Positions 34,941 through 43,183 of a DNA stretch of 64,000 nt are shown one piece after another. The position numbers were made by a program, and so were the translations under genes. The DNA is taken from contig JBEEGH010000013.1 of NCBI GenBank assembly GCA_041166745.1, forward strand, positions 66,453-130,452, read 5' to 3'. Under the pieces are notes generated by a model that searched no databases, was not told the DNA's origin, and saw only the letters and a program-made list of their open reading frames with translations. The stretch is from Acidimicrobiaceae bacterium (lineage in GTDB: Bacteria > Actinomycetota > Acidimicrobiia > Acidimicrobiales > JACDCH01). Numbering within the stretch: position 1 is the first letter of the stretch; the number at the start of each line of letters is the position of its first letter.

Positions 34941-35336
34941 GTGATCGCACTCGTGGCCGTGGGCCGCGAGTCGTTCACGCTCGGCACCCAACCCAAGCAG
35001 GCGCTGTTCGATCTGGAGGAGGCCGTCGAGTTCGTCGCGGATCGGTTGCCCGAGGAAGTCACCGCCGTGCTCACGTACGACGACGTTCGGTCGATCCTGC
35101 GCTGGCACCTGGAGTACCTGCGCGACCGTGGTGTTCCCGTCCGACGCGACCAGACCGAGGGCGGCCCGGTGGTGGTCGAAGACGACGAGGGGATTGCCTG
35201 GGTGCTGGGCAAAGCGGACGAGGTCGGCCTCGAGGTGACCGACGCCGACGTGGCGATCGTCCTCGAGACCGAGCTGGCCTACTTCGAAGCCATCGGGGCC
35301 ATCGGAGGCGAGGCCCCCGGCCTGCCTGATACCTAG
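34941..35336 (+). CDS. Hypothetical protein (start probably upstream of the called GTG)
   Basis: 131 aa, acidic, with good codon bias. The in-frame upstream sequence back to 34899 encodes LIVLVAVLAALLVLV, which continues into IALVAVG. Confidence 0.55.
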   Translation: MIALVAVGRESFTLGTQPKQALFDLEEAVEFVADRLPEEVTAVLTYDDVRSILRWHLEYLRDRGVPVRRDQTEGGPVVVEDDEGIAWVLGKADEVGLEVTDADVAIVLETELAYFEAIGAIGGEAPGLPDT

Positions 35337-35598
35337 ACGAATTCACGCGATACCTAGGTCGAACTACACCGCTGAAATACGCAGGTCATCCGATGTGCCC
35401 GGCTACCTCAGTGGCGCACACTCACTCCATGAACACGACCTGGTACGCAACCCCAAGCCTGGTCGCCGAGCACCGTGCAGCCCTCGAGGCTGCGGCCCGG
35501 CGTCACCGGGTGTCCGCTTCTCTCCGCCGCATCTGGCGACGCACGTAGTTCCGGCACGACCCATGAGTGGTCACCCGGGCCGCCCCTACGATTGCTTC

Positions 35599-38346
35599 AT
35601 GCTCGTAGGACGGCCCGGGCTCAGCCCGGTGATGGTGGGCCGCGCGGCCGAGCTGGATCGCATCGCACGTCTGCCTGATCAAGAGGACGCTCCGTCGATC
35701 GTCCTGCTCGGTGGTGAAGCTGGAGTCGGCAAGACCCGCCTGATCCGAGAGTTGTGCGGTCGACTCCCCGACGGTGTGCGGGTGATCGCCGGTCAGGCCG
35801 ACCCGGGGGCGCTTGGGCGCCCGTTCGAGTTGCTGCTCGATGCGCTCAAGTCCGAAGGCGGTGTACCGCCTGACCTGCTCGATGTGGTCCTGGATCAGTC
35901 CCGTTCTGCTGACGAGCGGGTCGCGGCCGGCCACGCGATCATCGTCGAGCTCGCCCAGAACCAGCCGACCGTCGTGGTCTTCGACGACCTGCACTGGGCC
36001 GACGCTCAGAGCGTCGCGTTGTTCGACCGCCTCAGTGAGCCCGGATCGGGACCGACACTCGTCGTCGGCACTTACCGTCCCGAGGCGTTGAACCGGCGTC
36101 ACCCGGTTGCGGATCTGCTTCCACGGCTCGAACGGCGTAGGGCGGTCACCCATCTGCACCTCGATCGCCTCACGACCGGCGATGTCAGCGCGTTCCTTGC
36201 CGCGGTCTACGGACGGCCTCCGTCGTTCCGCGTCGTCGAGACGCTGCACGCCCGCACGGGCGGCAACCCGTTCTTCCTCGAGGAACTGCTGTCCGCCGCG
36301 GGGGAGGTCGATCCCGAACAGCTCGTCGCCCAACCGCTGCCCTGGAATCTCGGCGAAATCGTGCGAGCACAACTCGAGGAGCTCGATCCTGCCGAGCGTC
36401 GGATCCTCGAAGCCGCGTCCGTCCTCGGCCGCCGGGTCAGCTTCGACGTGCTCGCGTCGGTGACCTCGACCGGTGAAGACGACCTCATCCACCTCCTGCG
36501 TTCGCTCGTCGCCAAAGGCATGTTGCTCGAGGCCGAGAACGATGTGTTCAGTTTCCGGCACGCGCTCGCGCGGGAAGCGATCGAGGCCGACCTGCTCGGC
36601 CGAGAACGTCGACGCCTGCACGAAGCTGCGCTCATCGCGCTGCAGGAGGCGGGAAGCGACGATGTCGCGTCCATCGCCCATCACGCGCACGGCGCCGGTC
36701 GTTACGACGACCTGCTCGCGGCCGCGCGCAAGGGATCTCAGCAGTACATCGACTCTGGGTCCACCTATCAAGCGCTCGAGCTCGCCGAGCTCGGCTTGTC
36801 GGAGGCCTGCGACGACGTCGCGCTGCTCGCGAGCGCGACCCGGGCCGCGTGGCTCGCGGGACTCGTTCCTGAAGCGGTGGCCTACGCGGAGAAACTGCTG
36901 TCCGTCGCGCGAGCGCACAGCGATCCCGAAACGGAGGCCCTGGCGCTGCGACGACTCGTCCGTCTGCGCTGGGAGCAGGGCGACGAGGGCGCGATGGCAC
37001 GTCTCACCGACGAGCTCGTCGACCTTGTCGCCCGGCTACCGGAGAAGCATGAGCTCGGCAACGTGATGGCGAGCGTCGCGCAGAGCTACATGCTGCGGGG
37101 TTCCACGACCGAAGCCGTGGACTGGGCCGATCGCGCGATCACGTACGGCAACGAGCACGACATGCCCGAGATCCGCGTGTGGGGGGAGGCCGAGAAGGGA
37201 TCGGTGCTCGTGGGCATCCCCGAACTCGCGACGGCGGGCGAGCAGCTGTTGCAACACGTCGCCGACGAGGCCGAAGCACTTGGTGAATACGTGATCGTCG
37301 CCCGCGCGCTCAACAACAGCATCCGGTCGGAGCACTTCCGCCCCGACACGGGCGAGGCGCGAGAGATGCTCGCCCGCATGCGCCGAGCGGCCGAGCGCGC
37401 CGGTTTCGACTCGCTGTCCGGTCCCGGCTACTGGCAAGGACTCGCGGGTCTGGCGGAGTGGGAAGGTGATCTCGGCAAGGCGCTCGAGTACCTGGACGAA
37501 GGTCGTCGCCGCGATCGCGGCACGATCTCTTCGCACCATGCGTCCTGGTACCAGGTACAGGAGGCGGGGTTGTCGCTCGAGATGGGCGACCTCGAGCGGG
37601 CCAGGAACCTGCTCGACGAGCTCACCCCGATCGGTACCCCGAAGGCGCTGTGGTGGTACGGACTCGCCGTGCACCTTGCCTCCCGCGAAGGAAACGTCGC
37701 CGAAGTCCGCCGGCTTTTCCCGTTGCTGCTCGACGGCTACTCGTCGACGCTCAACAGCGATGGTCAGCTGCTGCACGATGTCGTGACACCCATGCTCACC
37801 GCCGGGTTCACCGCCGACGAACTACGACCATTCGTCGCGCGCGCGACAGGCCCATGGCGCGATCTCGTCGACGGACAGCTGCTTGAAGCGGAGGGTCGCT
37901 ACGAGGACGCGGTGGCGTCGTACGAGCACGCGATCGCCAACCAGGCGAACGTCTTGCGGCCCGCGGCGACGGGCACCGCTCACGTCGGCGCGGCGCGTTG
38001 CCTCGTCGCGCTCGGCCAGCTCGACAAGGCGCGGGCGCACGCGACGCAGGCATCCGAATTGCTTGCTCATTGGGACGGGTGGCGAGTCGACCAGCTGCAT
38101 GCGGTGCAGCGACGACTCGGTGTGGGTCCTGGAGTCGACGGACCGAGCGCGCTCACGCCCCGTGAACGCGAGGTGGTCGAGCTGCTGGCAGAAGGCCTGA
38201 CGAACGCCGAACTCGCGGCGCGCCTGTTCATCTCGCCGAAGACGGCGGCCGTGCACGTGTCGAACATCCTCGCCAAGCTCGGTATGGCCTCGCGTTCAGA
38301 GGTCGCCGCCTTCGCCGTTCGCGAGGGCCTCGCCGCCGCTCGTTGA
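35599..38346 (+). CDS. Large ATP-binding LuxR-family regulator (LAL/MalT-like: AAA, TPR-like region, LuxR HTH)
   Basis: ATG 35599 gives MLVGRPGLSPVMVGRAAELDRIARL. Walker A is GEAGVGKTRL. The C-terminal HTH is [44 protein letters not shown]. Confidence 0.9.
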   Translation: MLVGRPGLSPVMVGRAAELDRIARLPDQEDAPSIVLLGGEAGVGKTRLIRELCGRLPDGVRVIAGQADPGALGRPFELLLDALKSEGGVPPDLLDVVLDQSRSADERVAAGHAIIVELAQNQPTVVVFDDLHWADAQSVALFDRLSEPGSGPTLVVGTYRPEALNRRHPVADLLPRLERRRAVTHLHLDRLTTGDVSAFLAAVYGRPPSFRVVETLHARTGGNPFFLEELLSAAGEVDPEQLVAQPLPWNLGEIVRAQLEELDPAERRILEAASVLGRRVSFDVLASVTSTGEDDLIHLLRSLVAKGMLLEAENDVFSFRHALAREAIEADLLGRERRRLHEAALIALQEAGSDDVASIAHHAHGAGRYDDLLAAARKGSQQYIDSGSTYQALELAELGLSEACDDVALLASATRAAWLAGLVPEAVAYAEKLLSVARAHSDPETEALALRRLVRLRWEQGDEGAMARLTDELVDLVARLPEKHELGNVMASVAQSYMLRGSTTEAVDWADRAITYGNEHDMPEIRVWGEAEKGSVLVGIPELATAGEQLLQHVADEAEALGEYVIVARALNNSIRSEHFRPDTGEAREMLARMRRAAERAGFDSLSGPGYWQGLAGLAEWEGDLGKALEYLDEGRRRDRGTISSHHASWYQVQEAGLSLEMGDLERARNLLDELTPIGTPKALWWYGLAVHLASREGNVAEVRRLFPLLLDGYSSTLNSDGQLLHDVVTPMLTAGFTADELRPFVARATGPWRDLVDGQLLEAEGRYEDAVASYEHAIANQANVLRPAATGTAHVGAARCLVALGQLDKARAHATQASELLAHWDGWRVDQLHAVQRRLGVGPGVDGPSALTPREREVVELLAEGLTNAELAARLFISPKTAAVHVSNILAKLGMASRSEVAAFAVREGLAAAR

Positions 38347-38348
38347 CG

Positions 38349-38759
38349 TCAACGTCCCTGTGCCTGCGTTGCGTAGTCCTGCTGGTGGGGGAGAACGCCG
38401 GCCTGTTGCTGTATCGCCGCGTGCTGTTCCTTGGCGTACTCGCTGACGGGATCGACCCACACGGCCGTGCCGTAGGCGCAGATCTCGCTCCACTGGCCGA
38501 TGGCGCCAGAGTCGAAACGCATCGCGATGATCGCGTTCGAGCCACGCCGGCGCGCTTCTTCGACCATGCGCGCCATCGCTTCGTTGCGACTCGTCGACAG
38601 CAGCTTTGTGAACTCGGGGATCTCACCACCGCCGATCGATCGCAAGCCGGCAATGCAGCCAGCGCCGATGTTGCGCGAGCGCACAGTGAGACCGAACACC
38701 TCACCTTGAACGGAGACGATGTCGTAGCCGGGAAGATCGAACGCGGTCGTGATGAGCAT
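38349..38759 (-). CDS. YbjQ/UPF0145 family protein
   Basis: ATG 38759 gives MLITTAFDLPGYDIVSVQGEVFGLTVRSRNIGAGCIAGLRSIGGGEI. Confidence 0.8.
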   Translation of the reverse strand: MLITTAFDLPGYDIVSVQGEVFGLTVRSRNIGAGCIAGLRSIGGGEIPEFTKLLSTSRNEAMARMVEEARRRGSNAIIAMRFDSGAIGQWSEICAYGTAVWVDPVSEYAKEQHAAIQQQAGVLPHQQDYATQAQGR

Positions 38760-38786
38760 CCGCGCACAGTACGACCCGCACTGAAA

Positions 38787-38828
38787 TCCCGTGCATAGCC
38801 ACACAAAAGTGTGTGGCTATGCACGGGA
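38787..38828 (-). repeat. Perfect 19-bp inverted repeat with a 4-nt loop (hairpin element IR2, related to IR1)
   Basis: The sequence is TCCCGTGCATAGCCACACA - aaag - TGTGTGGCTATGCACGGGA. It lies 13 nt after the DJ-1/PfpI stop and 27 nt before the ybjQ-like ATG. Confidence 0.7.
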
Positions 38829-38841
38829 ATTGCTCCTGGGG

Positions 38842-39495
38842 TCAGCGTTCGCCGGTCAACAGGAACCGGGAGCTCTCGCGGAGGAAGTCCACCGAGAACT
38901 GGGGAGCCTTCAGCGGCGAGCCCGCGTCGAACGGCGGCTGCGGGTCGTACTCGATGCCGAGCTGAATCGTCTGGGCCACCTCATCGCCGGCGATCTTCGC
39001 CACCAGCGTGAGGGCCATGTCGATGCCAGCCGAGACGCCCGCTCCGGTGACGATCTTGCCGTCGATCACAACGCGCTCGAGTGTCGGCTCCGCGCCGAAC
39101 TTGGCGAGCTCGTCGAGGGCCAGCCAGTGGCTCGTGGCGCGCTTGCCCTTCAGCAGTCCGGCCGCGCCGAGCAACAGCGATCCCGTGCACACCGACGTCG
39201 TCCACGTCGACGTCTCGTGCGCCGCTTTCAGCCATGAAATGAAGCGTTCGTCGTTGCGCAGCGCCTGCTCGCCGTGCCCACCGGGCACGACGATCACATC
39301 GGGATGCGGGAGCTCCTCGATCGCGGCGTCGGCGTTGATGCCGACTCCGCCCTTGCCGCCTTCTTCGGTCCGCTTGATGCCGACGTCCATGCCGACCCAC
39401 GTCACCGTCGCGTCGGGCAGATGGGCGAGCACCTCGAAGGGGCCGATCGCATCCAGTGCGGCCATGTTGTCGAAGGCGACGATTGCGATGTCCAT
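38842..39495 (-). CDS. DJ-1/PfpI family protein
   Basis: ATG 39495 is preceded by AAGGAG and gives MDIAIVAFDNMAALDAIGPFEVL. The nucleophile-elbow Cys region is SVCTGSLLLGAAG. Confidence 0.85.
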   Translation of the reverse strand: MDIAIVAFDNMAALDAIGPFEVLAHLPDATVTWVGMDVGIKRTEEGGKGGVGINADAAIEELPHPDVIVVPGGHGEQALRNDERFISWLKAAHETSTWTTSVCTGSLLLGAAGLLKGKRATSHWLALDELAKFGAEPTLERVVIDGKIVTGAGVSAGIDMALTLVAKIAGDEVAQTIQLGIEYDPQPPFDAGSPLKAPQFSVDFLRESSRFLLTGER

Positions 39496-39521
39496 TGCTT
39501 CTCCTTGGTGGGTTCGATCGG

Positions 39522-40490
39522 TCAGGCCGCGTCGGCCCGGAAGCGGCGGCGGTATTCCATGGGCCCAATGCGCAGCGAGCGAAGGAACGCGCGCCTCATC
39601 GTCTCGGCCGTCCCGAAGCCGCTCGCGACCGTGACCCGCTCGATGCTGTCGTCGGTCTCCTCGAGCAGACGGCGGGCCACCTCGAGCCGCACGCCTTCGA
39701 CGTAGCGCCCAGGAGTGACGCCGACCTCGTCCTTGAAGCAGCGGGCGAAGTTGCGTTCGCTCATGCCGCCGCGCCGAGCCATCGTGGCAACGGACAGATC
39801 GGCATCGGGGTGGTCGGCAATCCATTGCTGCACGTCGCGCAATGTGTCGCGGTGGGCGACTTGCGCGGCGAGTTGCGCGCTGAACTGCGACTGATTGCCC
39901 GGACGGCGGAGGAACAGCACGAGCCGGCGGGCGACGGCGAGCGCGATGTCGCGACCGAGGTCGTCCTCCACCAGCGCGAGCGCGAGATCCATGCCTGCGG
40001 TCACGCCGGCCGACGTGGAAACGTTGCCGTCGCGCACGAAGATCGGATCGGATTCGACAGTGATGGCGGGGTAGTGCCTCGCCAGCGTGTCGCACACGGA
40101 CCAGTGGGTCGTGGCCCGCCGCCCGTTGAGCAGCCCGGCCTCAGCCAAGATGAACGCACCCGTGCACACCGAGGTCACGCGGCGCGCTCGGCCCGCCAGC
40201 CGACGAACGCCCTCGAGCAGGGCTCGATCCCGGACGGCCGCCACGGTGCCCTCGCCGCCCGTAACCACCAGCGTGTCGATCTCTCCGCGCACACCACTGA
40301 GGCGATGGTCGACGGCGAAAACCAGACCGCTCGTGGCGCGCACGGTCGACCCGCTCGTTGCGACGAGTTCGGTCGTGTACGCCGGTCGGCCGGCTTCGCG
40401 ATTCGCGGTGGAGAACACCTCGATCGGACCGGCGGCGTCGAGGCTCTGGAGGTCCGGGTACACGACGACGACGACCCTGCGGGGCTGCAT
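39522..40490 (-). CDS. GlxA-family transcriptional regulator (DJ-1/PfpI domain plus AraC HTH)
   Basis: ATG 40490 gives MQPRRVVVVVYPDLQSLDAAGPIEVF, followed by SVCTGAFILAEAG. The C-terminal AraC HTH is SERNFARCFKDEVGVTPGRYV...GFGTAETMRRAF. Confidence 0.85.
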   Translation of the reverse strand: MQPRRVVVVVYPDLQSLDAAGPIEVFSTANREAGRPAYTTELVATSGSTVRATSGLVFAVDHRLSGVRGEIDTLVVTGGEGTVAAVRDRALLEGVRRLAGRARRVTSVCTGAFILAEAGLLNGRRATTHWSVCDTLARHYPAITVESDPIFVRDGNVSTSAGVTAGMDLALALVEDDLGRDIALAVARRLVLFLRRPGNQSQFSAQLAAQVAHRDTLRDVQQWIADHPDADLSVATMARRGGMSERNFARCFKDEVGVTPGRYVEGVRLEVARRLLEETDDSIERVTVASGFGTAETMRRAFLRSLRIGPMEYRRRFRADAA

Positions 40491-40783
40491 GCCGCCATCC
40501 TGCAGCCATCGACGGTTGGCGGCAATGAAGAATTTCCCTCGATTTCTGCCAATCACGACAGAAGTGCGTTCCGATTTCGGCGCGGCTGTGGTTCACTTTC
40601 AGGACCGAGGAAAGGAGGTGGTCCAACTGAACGGTAAAAGTTCTGGGACTTCGGAGGTGGCTGGCCGCTAGCGCGGCCGCTGGACCACCGGCGAATACAA
40701 ACCAGCCGCCGCCGGCGTGGCGGTCGAGGACTTGTCCCACTCGACACCCAAAACGCTCGCCGGCTCATTCCAGTGTCTATTGC

Positions 40784-40813
40784 GAACGGGGAGCCCGGAT
40801 GGGCTCCCCGTTC
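40784..40813 (+). other. 13-bp GC-rich hairpin (candidate terminator/attenuator) at the 3' end of a structured intergenic region
   Basis: The sequence is GAACGGGGAGCCC - ggat - GGGCTCCCCGTTC, 24 nt upstream of ATG 40838. Confidence 0.5.
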
Positions 40814-40837
40814 CGCGTCTGTGTACGTTTGCCGGCC

Positions 40838-41056
40838 ATGGAGCGGCCGACGAAGTTCGAGACCCACCAGTGGGTGGGCGACAAGCGCAACCAGATCGCT
40901 CACGACCTCGACGCCTGCACGGCGCCGGAGATCATCGGCGAGCTCCTCGAAGCGGAGACATACCTGGCCTTCGGCCCCGACACGCTGCCTGAGGCCCGCA
41001 ACCGCGGCTACCGCCGGTGCGACCGGTGCGAAGGGATGAGAACGAGCGAGGACTGA
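40838..41056 (+). CDS. Small protein with an Ada-like C-terminal metal-binding pattern
   Basis: ATG 40838 gives MERPTKFETHQWVGDKRNQIAHDLDACTAPEIIGELLEAETYLAFGPDTLPEARNRGYRRCDRC. The pattern (h.h...C near the N-terminus, G-Y-R-x-C-x2-C at the C-terminus) recalls the Ada Zn-binding domain. The stop overlaps the next ATG (TGATG). Confidence 0.5.
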   Translation: MERPTKFETHQWVGDKRNQIAHDLDACTAPEIIGELLEAETYLAFGPDTLPEARNRGYRRCDRCEGMRTSED

Positions 41057-41832
41057 TGACAGGGGGCTACCGGTTCTCGTCCGGTTCGCTGCAGCTCGCC
41101 GGCCATCTCGCACGACCGTCGACCCGAAGTGCGTCGGGTGTTTCCGCCGTCGTGTTCGCCCACAGCTTCCACGTTGCGGCGGGAGGCGCGGCGGCAACCG
41201 CAGCCACCTACCCCGAGCTGGCCGAGCGCATCGCCACCGAGCTCGGCTGGTACGCACTCACGTTCACCTGCCGCGGCGCGGGCGGATCCGAGGGACAATT
41301 TTCCCTCGGCGGATGGCTCACCGACATCGAAGCGGCCATCGATCATGCCCACGGCCTCGAAGGCGTGTCGGGTGTGTGGGTCGCCGGATTCGGCACCGGA
41401 GGTGCGCTCGCCATCTGCGCTGCCGCTCACGACTCTCGGGTCCAGGGTGTGGCCGTGCTCGGCGGACCGGCCGACTTCGATGACTGGGCCGGACAGCCCC
41501 GTCGCCTGCTCGAGTACTCCCGCGAAGTCGGTCTCGTCACCGACTCGAGCTTCCCGCCGTCGTTCGATGAGTGGTCCCGCGAGCTGCGCACGATTCGCCC
41601 ATTGCAGTGCGTCGCCCAGTACAGCCCGCGTTCGCTGCTGGTCGTACACGGCACCGACGACGACTCCGTTCCGGACTTCGATGCCCGCGTGATCTCCGAC
41701 GCCCACGGGTCGGCCGAGGTCCGCATCATCGCCGGCGCCGGACACCACCTCCGTGACGACCCTCGGGCCGTCGCCGTGCTGCTCGGCTGGCTCGACCGTG
41801 AACGAACTGGACTCGGCCTCGCGCAACCTTGA
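41056..41832 (+). CDS. Alpha/beta hydrolase
   Basis: ATG 41056 gives MTGGYRFSSGSLQLAGHLARP. The nucleophile-elbow-like motif is AGFGTGG, followed by LLVVHGTDDDSVP and GAGHHL. Confidence 0.75.
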   Translation: MTGGYRFSSGSLQLAGHLARPSTRSASGVSAVVFAHSFHVAAGGAAATAATYPELAERIATELGWYALTFTCRGAGGSEGQFSLGGWLTDIEAAIDHAHGLEGVSGVWVAGFGTGGALAICAAAHDSRVQGVAVLGGPADFDDWAGQPRRLLEYSREVGLVTDSSFPPSFDEWSRELRTIRPLQCVAQYSPRSLLVVHGTDDDSVPDFDARVISDAHGSAEVRIIAGAGHHLRDDPRAVAVLLGWLDRERTGLGLAQP

Positions 41833-41881
41833 CACGCGTGTCAGGTTTCCGGGACCATGCCAAGAGCCACTGGGGAGGGGC

Positions 41882-43183
41882 ATGCGGATCGTCATCGTTG
41901 GCGGGGGCAGTAGGCAATGGGGGCCGAAGCTCACCGCGGACATCCTCACCACCCCGTCCCTGACCGACGCCACCATCGTTCTGCACGACATCGACGAGGC
42001 GTCCCTGGCGCCGATGCAGGCGTACTGCGAGCGGATGAACCGCGAGGTCGGCGCCGCCGCCACCATCGAGGCGACGACCGACCGCAGGGCTGCTCTGGAC
42101 GGCGCCGACTTCGTGGCGGTGACCATCTCGACGGGCGGCTTCACCTCGATGGCCCACGATCTCGAGATCCCGGAGCGCTACGGCGTGCGCCAGTCCGTCG
42201 GCGACACGTGCGGACCGGGCGGCATCAATCGGTCACTGCGCAACATTCCCGTGCTGCTCGACATCGCCCGCGACATGGAGGCGCAGTGTCCTGACGCGTG
42301 GCTCATGAATCTCACCAACCCGATGACGTGTCTCACCCGCGCCATCAACAAGGAGACGTCGATCAAGGCCGTCGGCCTGTGCCATGAGGTCGTGATCATG
42401 AGCTGGCTCGTGGCCATCGCGCTCGGCGTTCCTGCCGATCATCTGGACTTCACGATCACCGGCGTGAACCACCTCCCGTGGATCACCAAGATGAGCGTCA
42501 ACGGCGAGGACGGGTTCGAAGCGCTGCGGCGCGCCCTCGCGGATCGGCCCGAGGAAACCGCGTGGTTCGCCGACGAGCATCAGCTCAAGCTCGCCATGCT
42601 CGATCGCTTCGGCGCGTTGCCCGGAGCCGGCGACCGTCATGTGGCCGAGTTCTTCCCGTCGATCCTCACGGAGGAGGCGGAGTGGGGGAAGGCGTGGGGC
42701 GTCGCGCTCACGTCGATCGCCGACCGCGAGCGCGACGAGGCGGCGTACCGCACCGAGATCCAAACCATCATCGATGGCGACAAGCCGGTACCGACATGGC
42801 AGTCCGGCGAGATGGTGGCGCCGATCATCGATTCGCTCACGACGGGCACGCGTCGCGAGCTTCCGCTGAACCTGCCGAACATCGGCCAGGCCCCGTACCT
42901 CCCTGACGACGTCGTCGTGGAAACGATCTGCATCGTCGACGCCGACGGCATTCGCGGACGCGATGCGATCGTTCCGCCCGCTCCGTGCGCCGAATGGACC
43001 CGACGGCACGTCGCGGTGCAGGAGTTGACGGTCGAAGCCGCCGTCACCGGCGACGCCGATCTCGTGCGCGCCGCGATTGCGCTCGATCCGCTCGGCGGTC
43101 GCATCGATGCTCGAGCGATCGAAGCGATGTCGACAGAGCTCCTGGCCGCAACCGCCGAGTGGCTCCCGCAGTTCGCGGGATGA
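41882..43183 (+). CDS. Glycoside hydrolase family 4 (NAD/Mn-dependent glycosidase)
   Basis: ATG 41882 is preceded by GGGGAGGGG and gives MRIVIVGGGSRQWGPKL. Further motifs: GDTCGPGGINRSLRNIPV, NLTNPM, GLCHEV. Confidence 0.85.
   Translation: MRIVIVGGGSRQWGPKLTADILTTPSLTDATIVLHDIDEASLAPMQAYCERMNREVGAAATIEATTDRRAALDGADFVAVTISTGGFTSMAHDLEIPERYGVRQSVGDTCGPGGINRSLRNIPVLLDIARDMEAQCPDAWLMNLTNPMTCLTRAINKETSIKAVGLCHEVVIMSWLVAIALGVPADHLDFTITGVNHLPWITKMSVNGEDGFEALRRALADRPEETAWFADEHQLKLAMLDRFGALPGAGDRHVAEFFPSILTEEAEWGKAWGVALTSIADRERDEAAYRTEIQTIIDGDKPVPTWQSGEMVAPIIDSLTTGTRRELPLNLPNIGQAPYLPDDVVVETICIVDADGIRGRDAIVPPAPCAEWTRRHVAVQELTVEAAVTGDADLVRAAIALDPLGGRIDARAIEAMSTELLAATAEWLPQFAG

Noticed and set aside
33727-34950. 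N-terminal 408 codons of the 495-aa minus-strand ORF 33463..34950
   Set aside because: This part is antisense to the acyl-CoA dehydrogenase. Only the last 87 codons, from ATG 33726, form a credible Phd/YefM antitoxin.
35583-35590. CCCCTACG 8-mer upstream of the LAL regulator as a third copy of the suf motif
   Set aside because: An 8-mer match is expected by chance about once or twice in 2 x 64 kb, and the flanks do not match the 15-of-18 pattern.
40607-40620. GAGGAAAGGAGGTG, as a possible RNase P RNA (GAGGAAAGTCC) or 16S rRNA 3'-end fragment
   Set aside because: Only the first 8 nt resemble the RNase P P4 region. None of the other universally conserved RNase P or rRNA segments is nearby. 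It is better treated as an SD-like sequence inside a hairpin loop.
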